Program-made: the position numbers and the translations under genes
The notes under the pieces: generated by a model
Told to the model about the DNA's origin: nothing
What the model saw: the letters and a program-made list of their open reading frames with translations, nothing else
Database searches by the model: none
From: Selaginella moellendorffii
Lineage: Eukaryota > Plantae > Lycopodiophyta
Assembly: GCF_000143415.4 (NCBI RefSeq)
Contig: NW_003314320.1
Coordinates: 796,819-860,818 of the forward strand
Direction of reading: 5' to 3'
DNA: 64,000 nt
Shown here: positions 39,391 through 51,246 of the stretch, in pieces
Numbering within the stretch: position 1 is the stretch's first letter
Layout of the letters: each line of letters opens with the position of its first letter

Positions 39391-40907
39391 ATGTCTTTGA
39401 TTACACTCATTTCCATCATAGTTTTGATAGTTACTTGGTTCATTAAATGGAAAAGTGTTCGAAAAGATCTTCCACCGGGGCCATGGGGGCTCCCCTTGAT
39501 CGGCCACCTCCATCACTTGATCCATCTTCCTCATCAATCTCTCCACCATTTGTCTCGCAAATACGGTCCCGTGATGAGCATCAAGCTGGGAAACAAGACC
39601 GCCATCGTCGTCTCCTCCAAGCAAGCCGCCAAGGAAGTCCTCACCTCGTTCGATAAGGTGTTCGCTTCAAGGCCGTGCTTGATCTCTCCCGAGTCCTTGT
39701 GCTATGGATCGCGCGACATCGCGTGCTGCGAGTATGGCCCCTACTGGAGGCAAATGAAGAAGCTTTGCATGACACACCTCTTCACTGCCAAGCGGCTGGA
39801 GGATTTCCGGAGCATCCGGCTGGAAGAGACGCTCGAACTCTTGCGTGACATCGCCGCGAATCAAGAAAGGCCTGTGGACATGAAGTCAAAGCTCTCCATG
39901 CTCACGTTTAACGTCATCACGCGCATGACGTTTACCAAGAGGTTCTACGATCGGTGGTCCGCGGCGAGCGATCCCAGGTTCGTGGAGGTGATCCTCGAGG
40001 CTGTGAGCTTGATGGGGGCCGTGAACATCGGCGACTACATCCCCTGGCTGTCATGGCTAGACCTCGGGGGCTATCACAAGCGGCTCGAGAAAACGAGCAA
40101 GGAGATTGACGAAGTTCTACAAAGGTTGATTGATCAACATCGCGAGGCAGCGCTGCCACTCCGCGACGATCCTGGCGATTTGATCCACACTTTCTTGTCG
40201 CTGGGAGTGGACGACAAGTCCATGAAAGGCGTGATCCTTGTAAGTTGCTAAGAACTCTCCATAGTGTACTAACGTTTTTGCTTTCACAGGATATCCTAGC
40301 GGGAGGAACGGACACCACGGCAGTGACTACGGAGTGGGCGCTCTCGGAGCTTATAAGAAATCCGGGAACTCTTCAAGAGCTGCGACAAGAGATCCAAAAC
40401 ATTGTGGGCGATGAGCGACTGGTGGAAGAATCCGACCTTCAAAAGCTCCACTATCTTAGGGCAGTCATCAAGGAGACATTTCGCTTGCATCCCGCGGCTC
40501 CTTTGATGGCACCCCACGAATCAATCGACGACTGCGAGCTTCAGGGATACAAGATCCCCAGGAAGACCTGGCTCATGGTGAATCTCTGGTCTCTCGGGCG
40601 GGATCCACGCTCGTGGGAATCTCCAGAGGCTTTCAAGCCGGAGAGGTTTCTTGGAAGTTCGATCGATGTCAAAGGCAATGACTTCGAGCTGATTCCTTTC
40701 GGATCCGGGAGGCGAATTTGCGCGGGAATGTCACTGGCCTTGATCATGGTCGGGCTCACTCTTGCTCGCCTCGTCCAAGCTTTTGATTGGAGCCTTCCAG
40801 GGAATGAAGAGATGAACATGGAAGAAAGCCAAGGCGTGATCATGCGCAGGAAGAAACCTCTAGTAGTAAGTGCAAAATGGAGGCTTAATATGCAATCTGA
40901 AAAATGA
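39391..40907 (+). CDS. Cytochrome P450, CYP71 clan (A-type); exons 39391-40239, 40290-40907
   Basis: TM anchor plus LPPGPWGLPLIGHLH, AGGTDTT (I-helix), KETFR (ExxR), FKPERF, heme motif FGSGRRICAG. Single 50-nt intron at the typical A-type position. Confidence 0.95.
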
Positions 40908-41419
40908 CAATAATAATTTGTTGCATTTAAAAGTATAATATAGCACCCTTTAACAAATTAGTCACATCAGTCACATGGCTGTTTAAATCCACTTGAGAGG
41001 CTGGAGCTCTTACTTAGGCCAAGACAAACATCTCAACAGGAACAATATCAATTAGTGTTGCTGCTCTAGAATTGAAGCATTTTGGCTCCAAAGTTAGGAG
41101 CTTGTATAAACTTTAGGGGTTTTGCATCCACTATTAAATTAGTAAATTTAATAGTAATTCACCACACTATTAGGTTTTGTAACCAAGATTAAAATATCAG
41201 TAAATAGCTTTTCACTTGGGTTTGTCTGGATGTGTGCAGGCATACAGTGTTGTTGGCTACAAGCAACAGTAATGCCCATGAAGCAACAAGGCATGGTGCT
41301 AGCAAGTGTACCATGGTACAAGGTAAGAGATCAATTGCTAAGTATTTCTAGGCATTTTTAGAGAGTAAAGCAATTTTACTTCTAACCACGTGCTATGGAT
41401 GACTAAAGTAGGTATTCAT

Positions 41420-41700
41420 GGTGTTGGTGTTGGAAGTTTTGGCCCAAATGTTAATGGAACTCTTGGCCTAAATTCTCATGCTTGGCCCAAGTGTTGATAA
41501 AACTCTTGGCCTAGATTCTCATAGTATTGTTGTTAAAAGTAACCAAGTGCTAGTGGAACTTTTGGCATAGGTTCTCATAGTGTTGGTGTTAGAGGTCTTG
41601 AATTAAGTGATGGTGGAACTCTTGTCACAAATTCTTATAGTATTGCCACTAAGGGTCTTGGATTATTCCTAGAGCTGGCACAAGTTCTCATTGCTATTAA
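41420..41700. repeat. Degenerate ~45-60-bp tandem repeat (ggaactcttggc...ttctcatagt)
   Basis: Four to five recurring aactcttgg..a.attctcat units. Confidence 0.55.
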
Positions 41701-42025
41701 GTCTTGCTAGTGGAGTTATCATGAGTTTTAGTGGTCCAAGTGTTTGTGATTGACAATTCAATTAAACTCACAATGAAGTGATAGTGTTTATCCAAGAGAA
41801 GAGGATTGAGCTTGAGCAATATAAAGGCACATTAAATAAAGAGTATATAATCTATTCAAAAGAGAAGTCGGTGAGAATTTTAATAGAGTGAGAATTACTT
41901 TACCTTGATGACTAAGAGATGGAATGCTACAAAACTTGGGATTATTGAGAAAAAAAGCTTTTGAAGAGATTAATGAATTCCTCTTTGCAAAACCAAATAT
42001 TCACTTTAGTAAAGCTTCATAATAG

Positions 42026-44980
42026 TGTAAGGAACCAACTCCCTGAGGTGTCATAGGCTAAAGAATCCCTAAAAACACGACCGAAATGATAAAGAGTTCA
42101 TCAGATGGAACCGAGTCTAAAATCGAGTCCAAGATCGACTCTGAGACCAAGTTTGAGATAGAGTCCAGGATCGAGTCCGAAGCCGACTCCGAGACCGAGT
42201 TCGAGACTGAGTTCGAGACTAAGTCCGAGATCCAAGATTGGGTCCAAGACCAAGTCCGAGGTCAAGTCCGAGATCAGGTCCAAGGTTGAGTCAAAGATCG
42301 AGTCCGAGATCGAGTCCAAAGTCGGGTTCGAGATCAAGTCCAAGACCAAGTCCGAGACCAAGTCCGAGTACTAATACATATTGAGGGGTTAAAGCCCAAA
42401 GTGTGTGTCTCCCGAGGGAGGGGGGGGGGGAGGGAGGGGATGCAGGGGGTTCCAAAAGTATAGTAGGGATAGTGAGGTCTAGGAACCAGTCTTGAAGGAA
42501 CTTTTCAGTGGTGCTTCCAAATTGACTTAAGGTTGAGATTGGGGTCGAAGGGCCTTGGGTGGGAGTGAGCATAGACTCAGGTGGTGCCAGAGGGGCCACC
42601 CAAGGAAGTGCTCAAGAGCAACTCCCACTCCCAGAATGGAAACTAACTGCAGTGCTCCCGACTTATGTGGAATGATGCCTCATTTGAGTACCTTGCGAAG
42701 ATGTTGAGAAGACAACCTATCGAACAAGGTATGGGAGCTTTGAGTTTCTAGTGATGCCCTTCGGGCTATGCAATGCACTGGCAACGTTTTTGGCGTTAAT
42801 GAACCACATTTTTGTACCCTATCTAGATCACTTTGTGGTCGTCTATATTGACAATATCCTGATTTATAGCAAAATGCTAGAGAAGCATGCCGAACACTTG
42901 ATGAAGGTGTTTGAGAAATTAAGGGAACACCAGCTGTATGCTAAAAAGAGCAAATGTGACTTTGCTCAATAAGAGGTAAAATTTCTTGGGCATGTGGTGG
43001 GCAAGGACGGGCTTAAGGTGGACCCTGAGAAGGTCCAAGTGATCCAAGATTGGGATCCTATCAAACAAGGTATGGAAGCTTTGAGTTTCTGGTGATGCCC
43101 TTTGGGCTATGCAATGCGCCGGCAACATTTTCGGCATTGATAAACTATATCTTTGTACCCTATCTGAATCACTTCGTGGTTATCTATATTGACGACATCC
43201 TGATTTATAGTGAGATGTTAAAGGAGCATGTCGAACACTTGACGAAGGTGTTTGAGAAACTAAAGGAACACCAATTGTATGCTAAAGAGAGCAAATATAA
43301 CTTTGCTCAACAATAGGTAAAGTTTCTTGAGCATGTGGTGGGCAAGGATGGGCTCAAGGTGGACCTTGAGAAGGTCCAAGCGATCTAGGAATGGGAATGA
43401 CTATCGAATGTATATGAGTTAAGGGCATTCTTAGGGCTTTGCAACTACTACCAAAAGTTTATCAAACACTATTTGAGAGTAACTTTACTTTTAACTGACC
43501 AAATGGGAAAAGGGAAGATGGTATGGATAAGAGAATGTGAGGTGGCATTTGTCCACCTCAAGGGGAAGTTGAGGAAGGCTCTTGTGTTGTTGTTACCAGA
43601 TTTTGGTAAGGACTTCGAGGTAGAAACAGATGCTTTAAACTTTGTGTTGGGCACAGTGTTAAAGCAAGACAACCATCCAGTAGCGTTCTTCTCGAAGAAG
43701 TTAGCAGAAGTGGGCTGCCCATAAGAAGGAATTGTTTGCGGTGGTCAAGGTGCTCGAGTGGAGACACTACCTTGGGAGACACTTCAAGGTTTACATGCAA
43801 GCTTAAAGTTGGCAATATCCAGCGCGACAACAACCTTTTGGGATGATGTGCAGATAGCATATGAGAACGATGGTCTAACACAAGAAGTGTTGCTAAGGAA
43901 TCTAGAGGCACAAGAAGCTCACTAGAGAGGTGAGCTGCCAACAGAAGAGAAAACAGGCTATACAGAATGCAATGAACTCATCTATTATAAATAAACAAAG
44001 GTGTATGTTCCAGAAGGGGAACTAAGGAAGGTAGCCTTAGAAGAGTGTCATGACGGACCTCTTGTGGAACACGGCAGAGTGCCCAAGATGATGGGCTTAC
44101 TCAAGAGGAAGTATTATTGGCCAGATATGCCTAAGGACATCCAAGACTATGTAAAGACATGTCCAACATGTCAGCAGGTCAAAGCCGTGGCTAAGGCTAG
44201 TGGGGGCTTGTTACAAAGCATCCCAATTCCAGATTATCCATGGAAATATCTTACAATGGACTGCATCACGGGACTCCCCCCAAGTGAGGGGTTTGATGCA
44301 ATATTCATGGTGGTGGACTGATTTTCGAAGATGGCACATTTCATACCCACCACAACGGAGGTGGATGCAGAAGGTGTGGCAAAGCTATTTTTCGAATAAG
44401 TGGTTTGAGTGCGGGGAAGGCCAGAGGAGATCATCTCAGATCGAGATAAAATCTTCATCAATAAGTTCTAAGAACTCTTCTGGAACAATATCGCACCAAG
44501 TTGAAATTCAGCACAACCTATCACCTAGAGACAGGTATTTGGTATTAAGTCAAGTTTGATGGCACTAACACTTCTTGACAGATGGACAAACGGAAAGGGT
44601 GAATAGGCAGTTGGAGGATTATTTATGATGCTATGTCTCTGGAGACCAGACTGATTGGGTAAGTCATTTGGGACTTGCGGAAATGTGCTATAACAACTCA
44701 CCACACTTGAGTATCAGAGTGAGTTTATGGGAAGTCATCAATGGGCGAGCTATTGAAGGTCCTATGGAACTCGGTGTGGCCGAATATCATGGAGAGTTAC
44801 CCGCAGTGGAGGCATTCATGGCGGAAAGTCTCAATATTTGGAATTTCGTGAGGGGGGGGGGGGGGGGGGGTGGGGGGCTAAAAGTACCCCTACCGGGGCG
44901 TTAGGCCACGGGGTTTCCCCTCCGTGGCCCAAAAAAAGTGTTACACTCCAGGCTTGGGATTTAAAGGGTTTTAAAATTAA
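42026..44980 (+). mobile_element. Degenerate Ty3/gypsy element: LTR fragment, tandemly duplicated RT segment, RNase H, integrase; truncated by gap
   Basis: TGTAAG start with GAGTCC arrays; [12 protein letters not shown]...YIDDILIYS twice (341-bp period, 42716 and 43057); FEVETDA; H..H..C..C zinc finger (CHDGP...CPTCQ); integrase core. Confidence 0.88.
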
Positions 44981-45080
44981 NNNNNNNNNNNNNNNNNNNN
45001 NNNNNNNNNNNNNNNNNNNNNNNNNNNNNNNNNNNNNNNNNNNNNNNNNNNNNNNNNNNNNNNNNNNNNNNNNNNNNNNN
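44981..45080. other. Assembly gap (100 N)
   Basis: Run of n. Confidence 1.
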
Positions 45081-45679
45081 TATTTGAAAATGACGTGAAA
45101 TTATACGTTTTTTGTCTAGAGGGCTAGACATATCTGGGGCATGGTGACTAGCGCGGTGACTTTATGTCCAGACTGAGTCCATCTGGTTGTATAATAAATC
45201 TCATTGTCAAGGTGAACAAGCCGAATCTGAAGTTAAAGAAGAGCGATGGCATGCACGCACACACTATTTGTTTGTTCATTGAGCGTGTGGTGAGCTTTCC
45301 AAGATGAACGTCATTCCTATTAGCCAGACATATAACTTAATGGTGAGAACATTTAGATATTATTCAATGTTATCTTTTTCTAACGAATCTAATTGTGAAG
45401 GTGTAGCAAAAGGCATTGCTAGTCTGGAGAAGTCATTTAACTCATTTGACCCTTAGTGTATTTTCATGAAACTAAATAACATTCATATTATTAAGGAATT
45501 TCTCTAGTACCTTTTTTTTACGACATAGAGGCTTGCATTTCTTTCAAAGGTGATTTAGTAAAAGGCCTGAGGGCACATGCCATTCTATTTCTCAGACCGG
45601 TATTAAAATATACTAGTGCAAAGGGAAAAAGGTATTTGGTGATCAAGTAAATGGCACGAGGGCACACGCCATTATAAGC

Positions 45680-45937
45680 CTAAGCGCTAGTGGACACCTC
45701 CTTTTTGGTACTCTCAGCGGTACTATCATCCTTCTCCGGGTCAGTTGTTTTGCTTTGGATTGTTGTCTCTGACGTTACTGGGGCGTTCTCGATAGTTGTT
45801 AATGTTGCCGTTTGTTCAAAAAAATGATCACCTAGAGTATAGTACGGGGAGTTTGGAAGACTTATATATTCTACATCTTCACCTATCTCCTTCTCCATCT
45901 CCTTTTCTGCCTCACTTACAGATTTTGTGCTTGCCAT
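45680..45937 (-). CDS. Small acidic/Thr-rich ORF (85 aa), unknown function, possibly a third element gene
   Basis: ATG at 45937, MASTKSVSEAEKEMEKEIGEDVEYISLPNSPYY..., flanked by palindrome copies. No recognisable domain. Confidence 0.35.
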   Translation of the reverse strand: MASTKSVSEAEKEMEKEIGEDVEYISLPNSPYYTLGDHFFEQTATLTTIENAPVTSETTIQSKTTDPEKDDSTAESTKKEVSTSA

Positions 45938-46577
45938 GAGAACGCTCTTCACCCTAAAATATGGAGTTCGTTGTGTTATAAAAGGAAACCAACACACACG
46001 TTGCAAGGGAATGATGGTACATAAAACACGTAAGCCCACAATATGGGTTTATGTGCCATTAATATGGGCCACACGCCATATTATTAGATTTATGCACGTG
46101 TGATTGGTAAATGCATATGTCATATCATCTTTGTTTTACCTCACACACTATATCAGGCCTAATGAACCATATCACATGTGCGCACATGCTATATATATGG
46201 AGAAGTATTATGCAAGGATAGAAAAATTCAATGCATGATTGTGGAGAGCAATGGCATGAAGCCACATGCTAAATAACATTTTAGAGAAAGAATTAAAATA
46301 AAAACATGCAAACAGTACTGAGTGGACCAAGACTTAGAAGTGCACAATTGAATGAGGTATTTCTAATAAATATTTCACTCACCTCATATAGAAATGGCTA
46401 CCACTCTCAAATGGCGTATCGCCTCATACCATCACCTCGCAATTTGTTATAACAATCCGATGAATTCATATTCGGCTTGTTCACCTTAAACTTTAAGTAA
46501 GATTTGCTAGAACAACTAAGAATTTATACTTGTTATTTGTATCATCTCACCTAGGAATGGCGTAAGGCCACATGCCA

Positions 46578-49500
46578 TCACGCCTCCTCTGATTCAGATT
46601 TGGATTGTTCACCTTGAAATAAAATACATTAGAAACTTAGTAAAGGAATATTAATGAATCTCACCTTGAACCCGGGTTATGAATGCTCTTGCTACATCTC
46701 TTGCATGGTCTGGCAAGGTGATGGTGGCACTCTACTTCCGCATCCAACCATGCACAACATTATCCACCGATATGCTCATGCTGGGATCCCTTGGATTCAG
46801 CACCCATCTCTTTTCTAGGCAATCCTTCGTATATCCGGAACTTGGCTTGAACCACTCCACAGTTACATTGAAGGAGTTAGTTTCCGCGTCCTCCTCTGCA
46901 TCAGTGATGCAGCGCCCCACCCATATCATTTGTTTTTTATTACTGGGTCTGACAAGCACGACCATTCCTTTGCAGACCTGTACTGGATTGAATGCTGAAT
47001 CCGGCTTCTTGTTCCTCGGCCCACAATAGTGATCCTCAACATCGTTATCTGTCACTGTATTTCCAGAGGACATTGTTCCGCTACTATTTGGTGCTCTGGG
47101 TTCTGGCCAAAAGGACTCTTCCAATTCTTCATATACAACCGGCCCATTTTGGATAGCAGATATAATCTTCTCCCAGTATTCAAGCAAAGGCTTGCACCTC
47201 TGAAAATAGGATTCTCCACCAAACACCAACCCCCTCTTCCAGAAGGCAATATGCTGTCTAATCCCGGCCACTATACTTTCCTGGTCTTTGAGTCCATCCG
47301 GGTGCATCGGCCGTGGGGAACCCTGAGGAATCATAGGTTCCCCAGTTATGGGATCTCTCTTGAAGAGTTCAATGTCGTCCACTGGCAGCCACACTATGTC
47401 CCATTCTCTCATCTTGTACCTCATCACTGGAGCACCGTCACACATGCTAAAATGAAATTGAAGAGGCTTCGAGTGGCCAATCAACGTTTCGGATCTGTCC
47501 CTGATGGAGCCTCTTACAAACCTCTTAAAGTCTGGAACCTCTGTCAGAAGTGTAGCTTCAACAGTGCCTTTGATGCAATTTTGGAATTCATCGTAGAGTT
47601 GTGGGAGGGTGAGGACATTGGATCGCCGGAGGGACTCTGCCAGGTGACTGAACATGGCATCGACGTCTTCATGAGTGTGCCCAACCATGAGAAAGCCAAG
47701 TGTAACCGTTTCAAATATGCCTTTGGCAACAAGCATCACCAAGTACGCGAAGACATACATGTTTTTGTTCTCACTGCCAGCATTGTCTGTTTGGAGCAGA
47801 AGATGGGGTGGAAGGCCACATCGGCCGCAAGAACTACCTTGAGATTCTGCTTCGTTTGGATGAGGCTGTGCATTCACCAGGCGACCAGCCTCGTCGGAAT
47901 GGCATGAGGCCTTACGTGATAACCCTACAATTTGACGGCCAACATATTCACTGGGATGGCATGGGGCCCTACGCGATACTGCAAGCCTTTGCTCCTCCTC
48001 CAGCTGAACCCTGTATGGGGTTCGATTGACAAGGGCCTTATGCAAGGGTTGGCCGTTCAGCTCAGTCTGCGCATTTTGCAGAGACCTTAAGTGTTTTGCT
48101 AGGGACGCAATCATCATGTTTGCACCCCCGCCACCCCATAGAGGTACAAAGAAGTTCCCATAGTTCTGGGCACCATGCCCATGAGCAATTATGCCAAACA
48201 GAGACACAGGCAGCTGTATGGATGAAGAGATTGCCTTAGGGGCAGGATTGAGTCGAGGTAAGCACGTCTTTTTCTAGTCCATTTTGTCGTGGATGATGCA
48301 GAGGTAAGAGTCAGGTCTCTCCATGGAGAGAATCCTGTTATGATAATATGCAGTTCTGCAGCTTCTCTACTCGATGTTGTGGTCGAGCCGCCTTCTAACT
48401 AACGTCTCTCGCTCTTGAGCGCTGCAAGAATTCTTTGACAAAGCCATTTTGATAGCAGTGCACTCGTCACACTTTGAAAAGCTGGAGTACTTTCCTATAC
48501 TCACATCCCTGAACCTGTTGCTCCACAATCTACTAAATCTAGATTGGCTCAGCTTCCTGTAGCCATTACTCTGGAGTTCCCGATTCACATCTTCCAATAT
48601 GGCCCCCTTGGTATACATGGAAGGGAGAACTCGTTGGGTGTCTCGTGTTCCATCTTCCAAGAGGCGGGTTTTATGTGGTTGTTGCACGCTACATGTCTCA
48701 ACAAACCTCTTGAAGATTGCCTCTCCATATACAACATGACCCCTGGTTTTGTGCGTACCGTCGTTCCCATGGACTGCCTGTTGAACCCTTTGTTCCTCGA
48801 ACTCAGTTTTGATTCTGTAGAATGTGGTTCGAGGGACTCCATAAATGATTCTCCATGCCTTCATGCAGACCAAACCCCTCTGGAAGACCATGCCCCCCAC
48901 CTGATGTTCTGAAGCATCAACAGATGACCGTAATGCCTCATACACAAAATTGCGAGCTGCCTTCCAGGACAATGTCTTGTATCTTGCTCTCTCCTCTTCA
49001 ATAGCATCCCAATCAGCATGTTGACAGCACCTCCTTTTGCAACAAGCAACTGTTGAGACCATTCGAACCTCCATCGCCATTTTCTGCCTTTTCAGTTCGT
49101 TGCTCAGATCCCTTTGGCTGCGCTTTAGGAAGGTGTACTTTCTTTTCCCATGAAGAGATGTTCTGTCATCAGTTGTAGTGGTGTTTGATTGTGAATCCTT
49201 CACATTCTCAAACACTAAGTGCCTCAATTTCCACCGCACAATGCTTCCAATAGTCAGACTGTTTTCTTCTGTGTCAACAACCTCTAAAATCGCAACTCCA
49301 ATATCATCCCAGCCCAATTCTTGATTAGCAACCGCATCTCTTGGATCGACAACTGTGGCTAAGCCCTCAGCTACCACCTCCCCCTCGGGGTTGTTTAGAA
49401 ACACCTTTGCCTGAATCCATGTAGCACGGTTCTTAAGATCCACGGAGGGAACATGCGTCGCACTTGCGCTGTCCCTAACATCTACTTTCTTCTGAAGATT

Positions 49501-49719
49501 TTTCAAGGCAACAACAACATTTACCCCGACGACCATCTCTCCTCGTTCAATAGCGACCACATTCCCATCGAAGACAGTCTCTACTGATACAGCAGCATTG
49601 CCTTCCCCAAACCTTTGACAGTGTATAACAAAGTTCCGATCCATAGACACAAGGGTCCCTTTTGCAACTCTCTTCCCACCATTCAAAATGTAAACCTTTT
49701 CCCCAACCCTGAAGGCCAT
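46578..49719 (-). pseudogene. DDD RNase-H-fold transposase (Sola1/DUF7869-like), interrupted by three in-frame TAG stops
   Basis: One continuous frame 49719 to 46665 with TAG at 48367, 48274 and 46732. Motifs CCKRRC, FSKCDEC, YLCIIHDKMD*KKT.LP, LLLQTDNAGSENKN, FLMVGHTHEDVDAMFS. A short terminal exon ends at TGA 46578 (tentative). Confidence 0.8.
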
Positions 49720-49907
49720 TCTGAAAGTGCAGAAAAGAAGTTAAGACCATACAAAAAATGATTGGAGAATGGCCTAAATCATAACATACCAAACAACCTC
49801 AATAGCATGAGGCCACATGCCATTATTCAAACATGCTATTGACACCCACGTGAAATTTCGCATTCACAAAATTGGCATGAGCCCTCATGCCATTAGTGGT
49901 ACCACTA

Positions 49908-50099
49908 ATGGCATGAGGCCTCACGCTATCTTTGGCCCCTGCTAGCCTGTTGCTATATTCCTTTTGCCTTGCTACAACTGTATATATTTTTGTGTGCGTG
50001 ACTAGTCACCCATACAAAAATATATACAGTTGCAGCAAGGCAAAAGGAATATGGCAATAGGCTAGCAGGGGCCAAAGATGGTATGAGGCCTCATGCCAT
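49908..50099. repeat. 192-bp near-perfect loopless palindrome capped by motif copies
   Basis: Centre gtgact|agtcac (50003/50004). Arms ctttggcccctgctagcct...tatatatttttgt and acaaaaatatata...aggctagcaggggccaaag. Confidence 0.92.
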
Positions 50100-50289
50100 C
50101 TTGATAAACACACAGCTGCAGGCAAGTAAAAACATACATGACAATACACTAGCCATGAAATTGCAAGGGCCCAAGATGGCATGTGGCCTCATGCCATTTC
50201 TAAATGTGGTCCTAAGCCATTCCATGGTGAACATACTAGGAAGCACAAGTGCCGAATATCAAGAGGAAGCGGTAGCCACACCAAAGACA

Positions 50290-50420
50290 GTGCCGCTCGC
50301 AACACCGCAACTACTCGTAGCGCCGCTCGCAACACCGCAACTGCTCGTGGTGCCGCTCGCACAAACTGCCACTCGCATAAACTGCCGCTCGCAATGGCGC
50401 TCGCAATACCGCAACCGCTC
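50290..50420. repeat. Short tandem repeat (gccgctcgcaacaccgcaact, ~30-bp period)
   Basis: Read directly. Confidence 0.7.
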
Positions 50421-51220
50421 GTAGACGCATAAACCACAGCTCACAATGCCGCTTACACAAGCACCGCTCACTGCGCTCAGCGAAACCAAGAACACGGCAC
50501 ACAAAAATGATAGACCTAGGAATGAGTTCGAGAATTCAAAAATAACACACGCTTGAACGTCACATCAAATCCTCTGACAAACCAGATCTTATGACTCCTC
50601 TGACAAATTTTAAATTGAGTAGATTCTAGACTTTGCTGTCGGAGGTTGAACTTTGTCCCATCATGTCCTTGCCTCGATCTAGCTGTGCCATGTCAGTGAT
50701 TCGAACTTTGCCATGCCATGTCAGCGATCCGCGCCAAGATTATTCGCTGTGTAAAGGAATAATTATGCTGTGTGTGTACGTCCATTTATGGCAATATAAG
50801 GCCACACGCCATTCAAAGAATAATGCTAGTCGAGCATTTTTTGGTGCATTTTTGGGTTCAAAATTGCATGAGCCCACACGCTATAAAGTTTACCTATACC
50901 AAAAATAGAAACAGCTTTATTTACTTGGGAATTTAAGTGGTTGAGGCATTTTTAAACTTACAAACACATGCCCTACTTACATTCCTTTGGTTGCTTAAAA
51001 TTCAAAAATATTATAAACCTTTCTTTTTGCATTTTCAATGTTTTCAATTATGGTTTTTGATTTTCACAGGACCAGCCTAGTAATCTATTTGCATCCCGTT
51101 ATGTTTATAGCTAGCTTTCGTTTGTCCCCTTCGCTAGCCTGAGATACATTTGCTCGGCATTTGCCTCTTACAGCATTTGCCCAGAAAGGGCATCTTTCTT
51201 CACGCAGCATTTGCCACATG

Positions 51221-51246
51221 TTTAGGGTTTAGGGTTTAGGGTTTAG
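51221..51246. repeat. Interstitial plant telomeric repeat (TTTAGGG)3-4
   Basis: tttagggtttagggtttagggtttag, between the two divergent element genes. Confidence 0.85.

Noticed and set aside
46732-48369. Stop-codon readthrough or U-to-C editing of the TAG codons
   Set aside because: Deamination of a methylated transposon is simpler, and the partner gene also has a frameshift.
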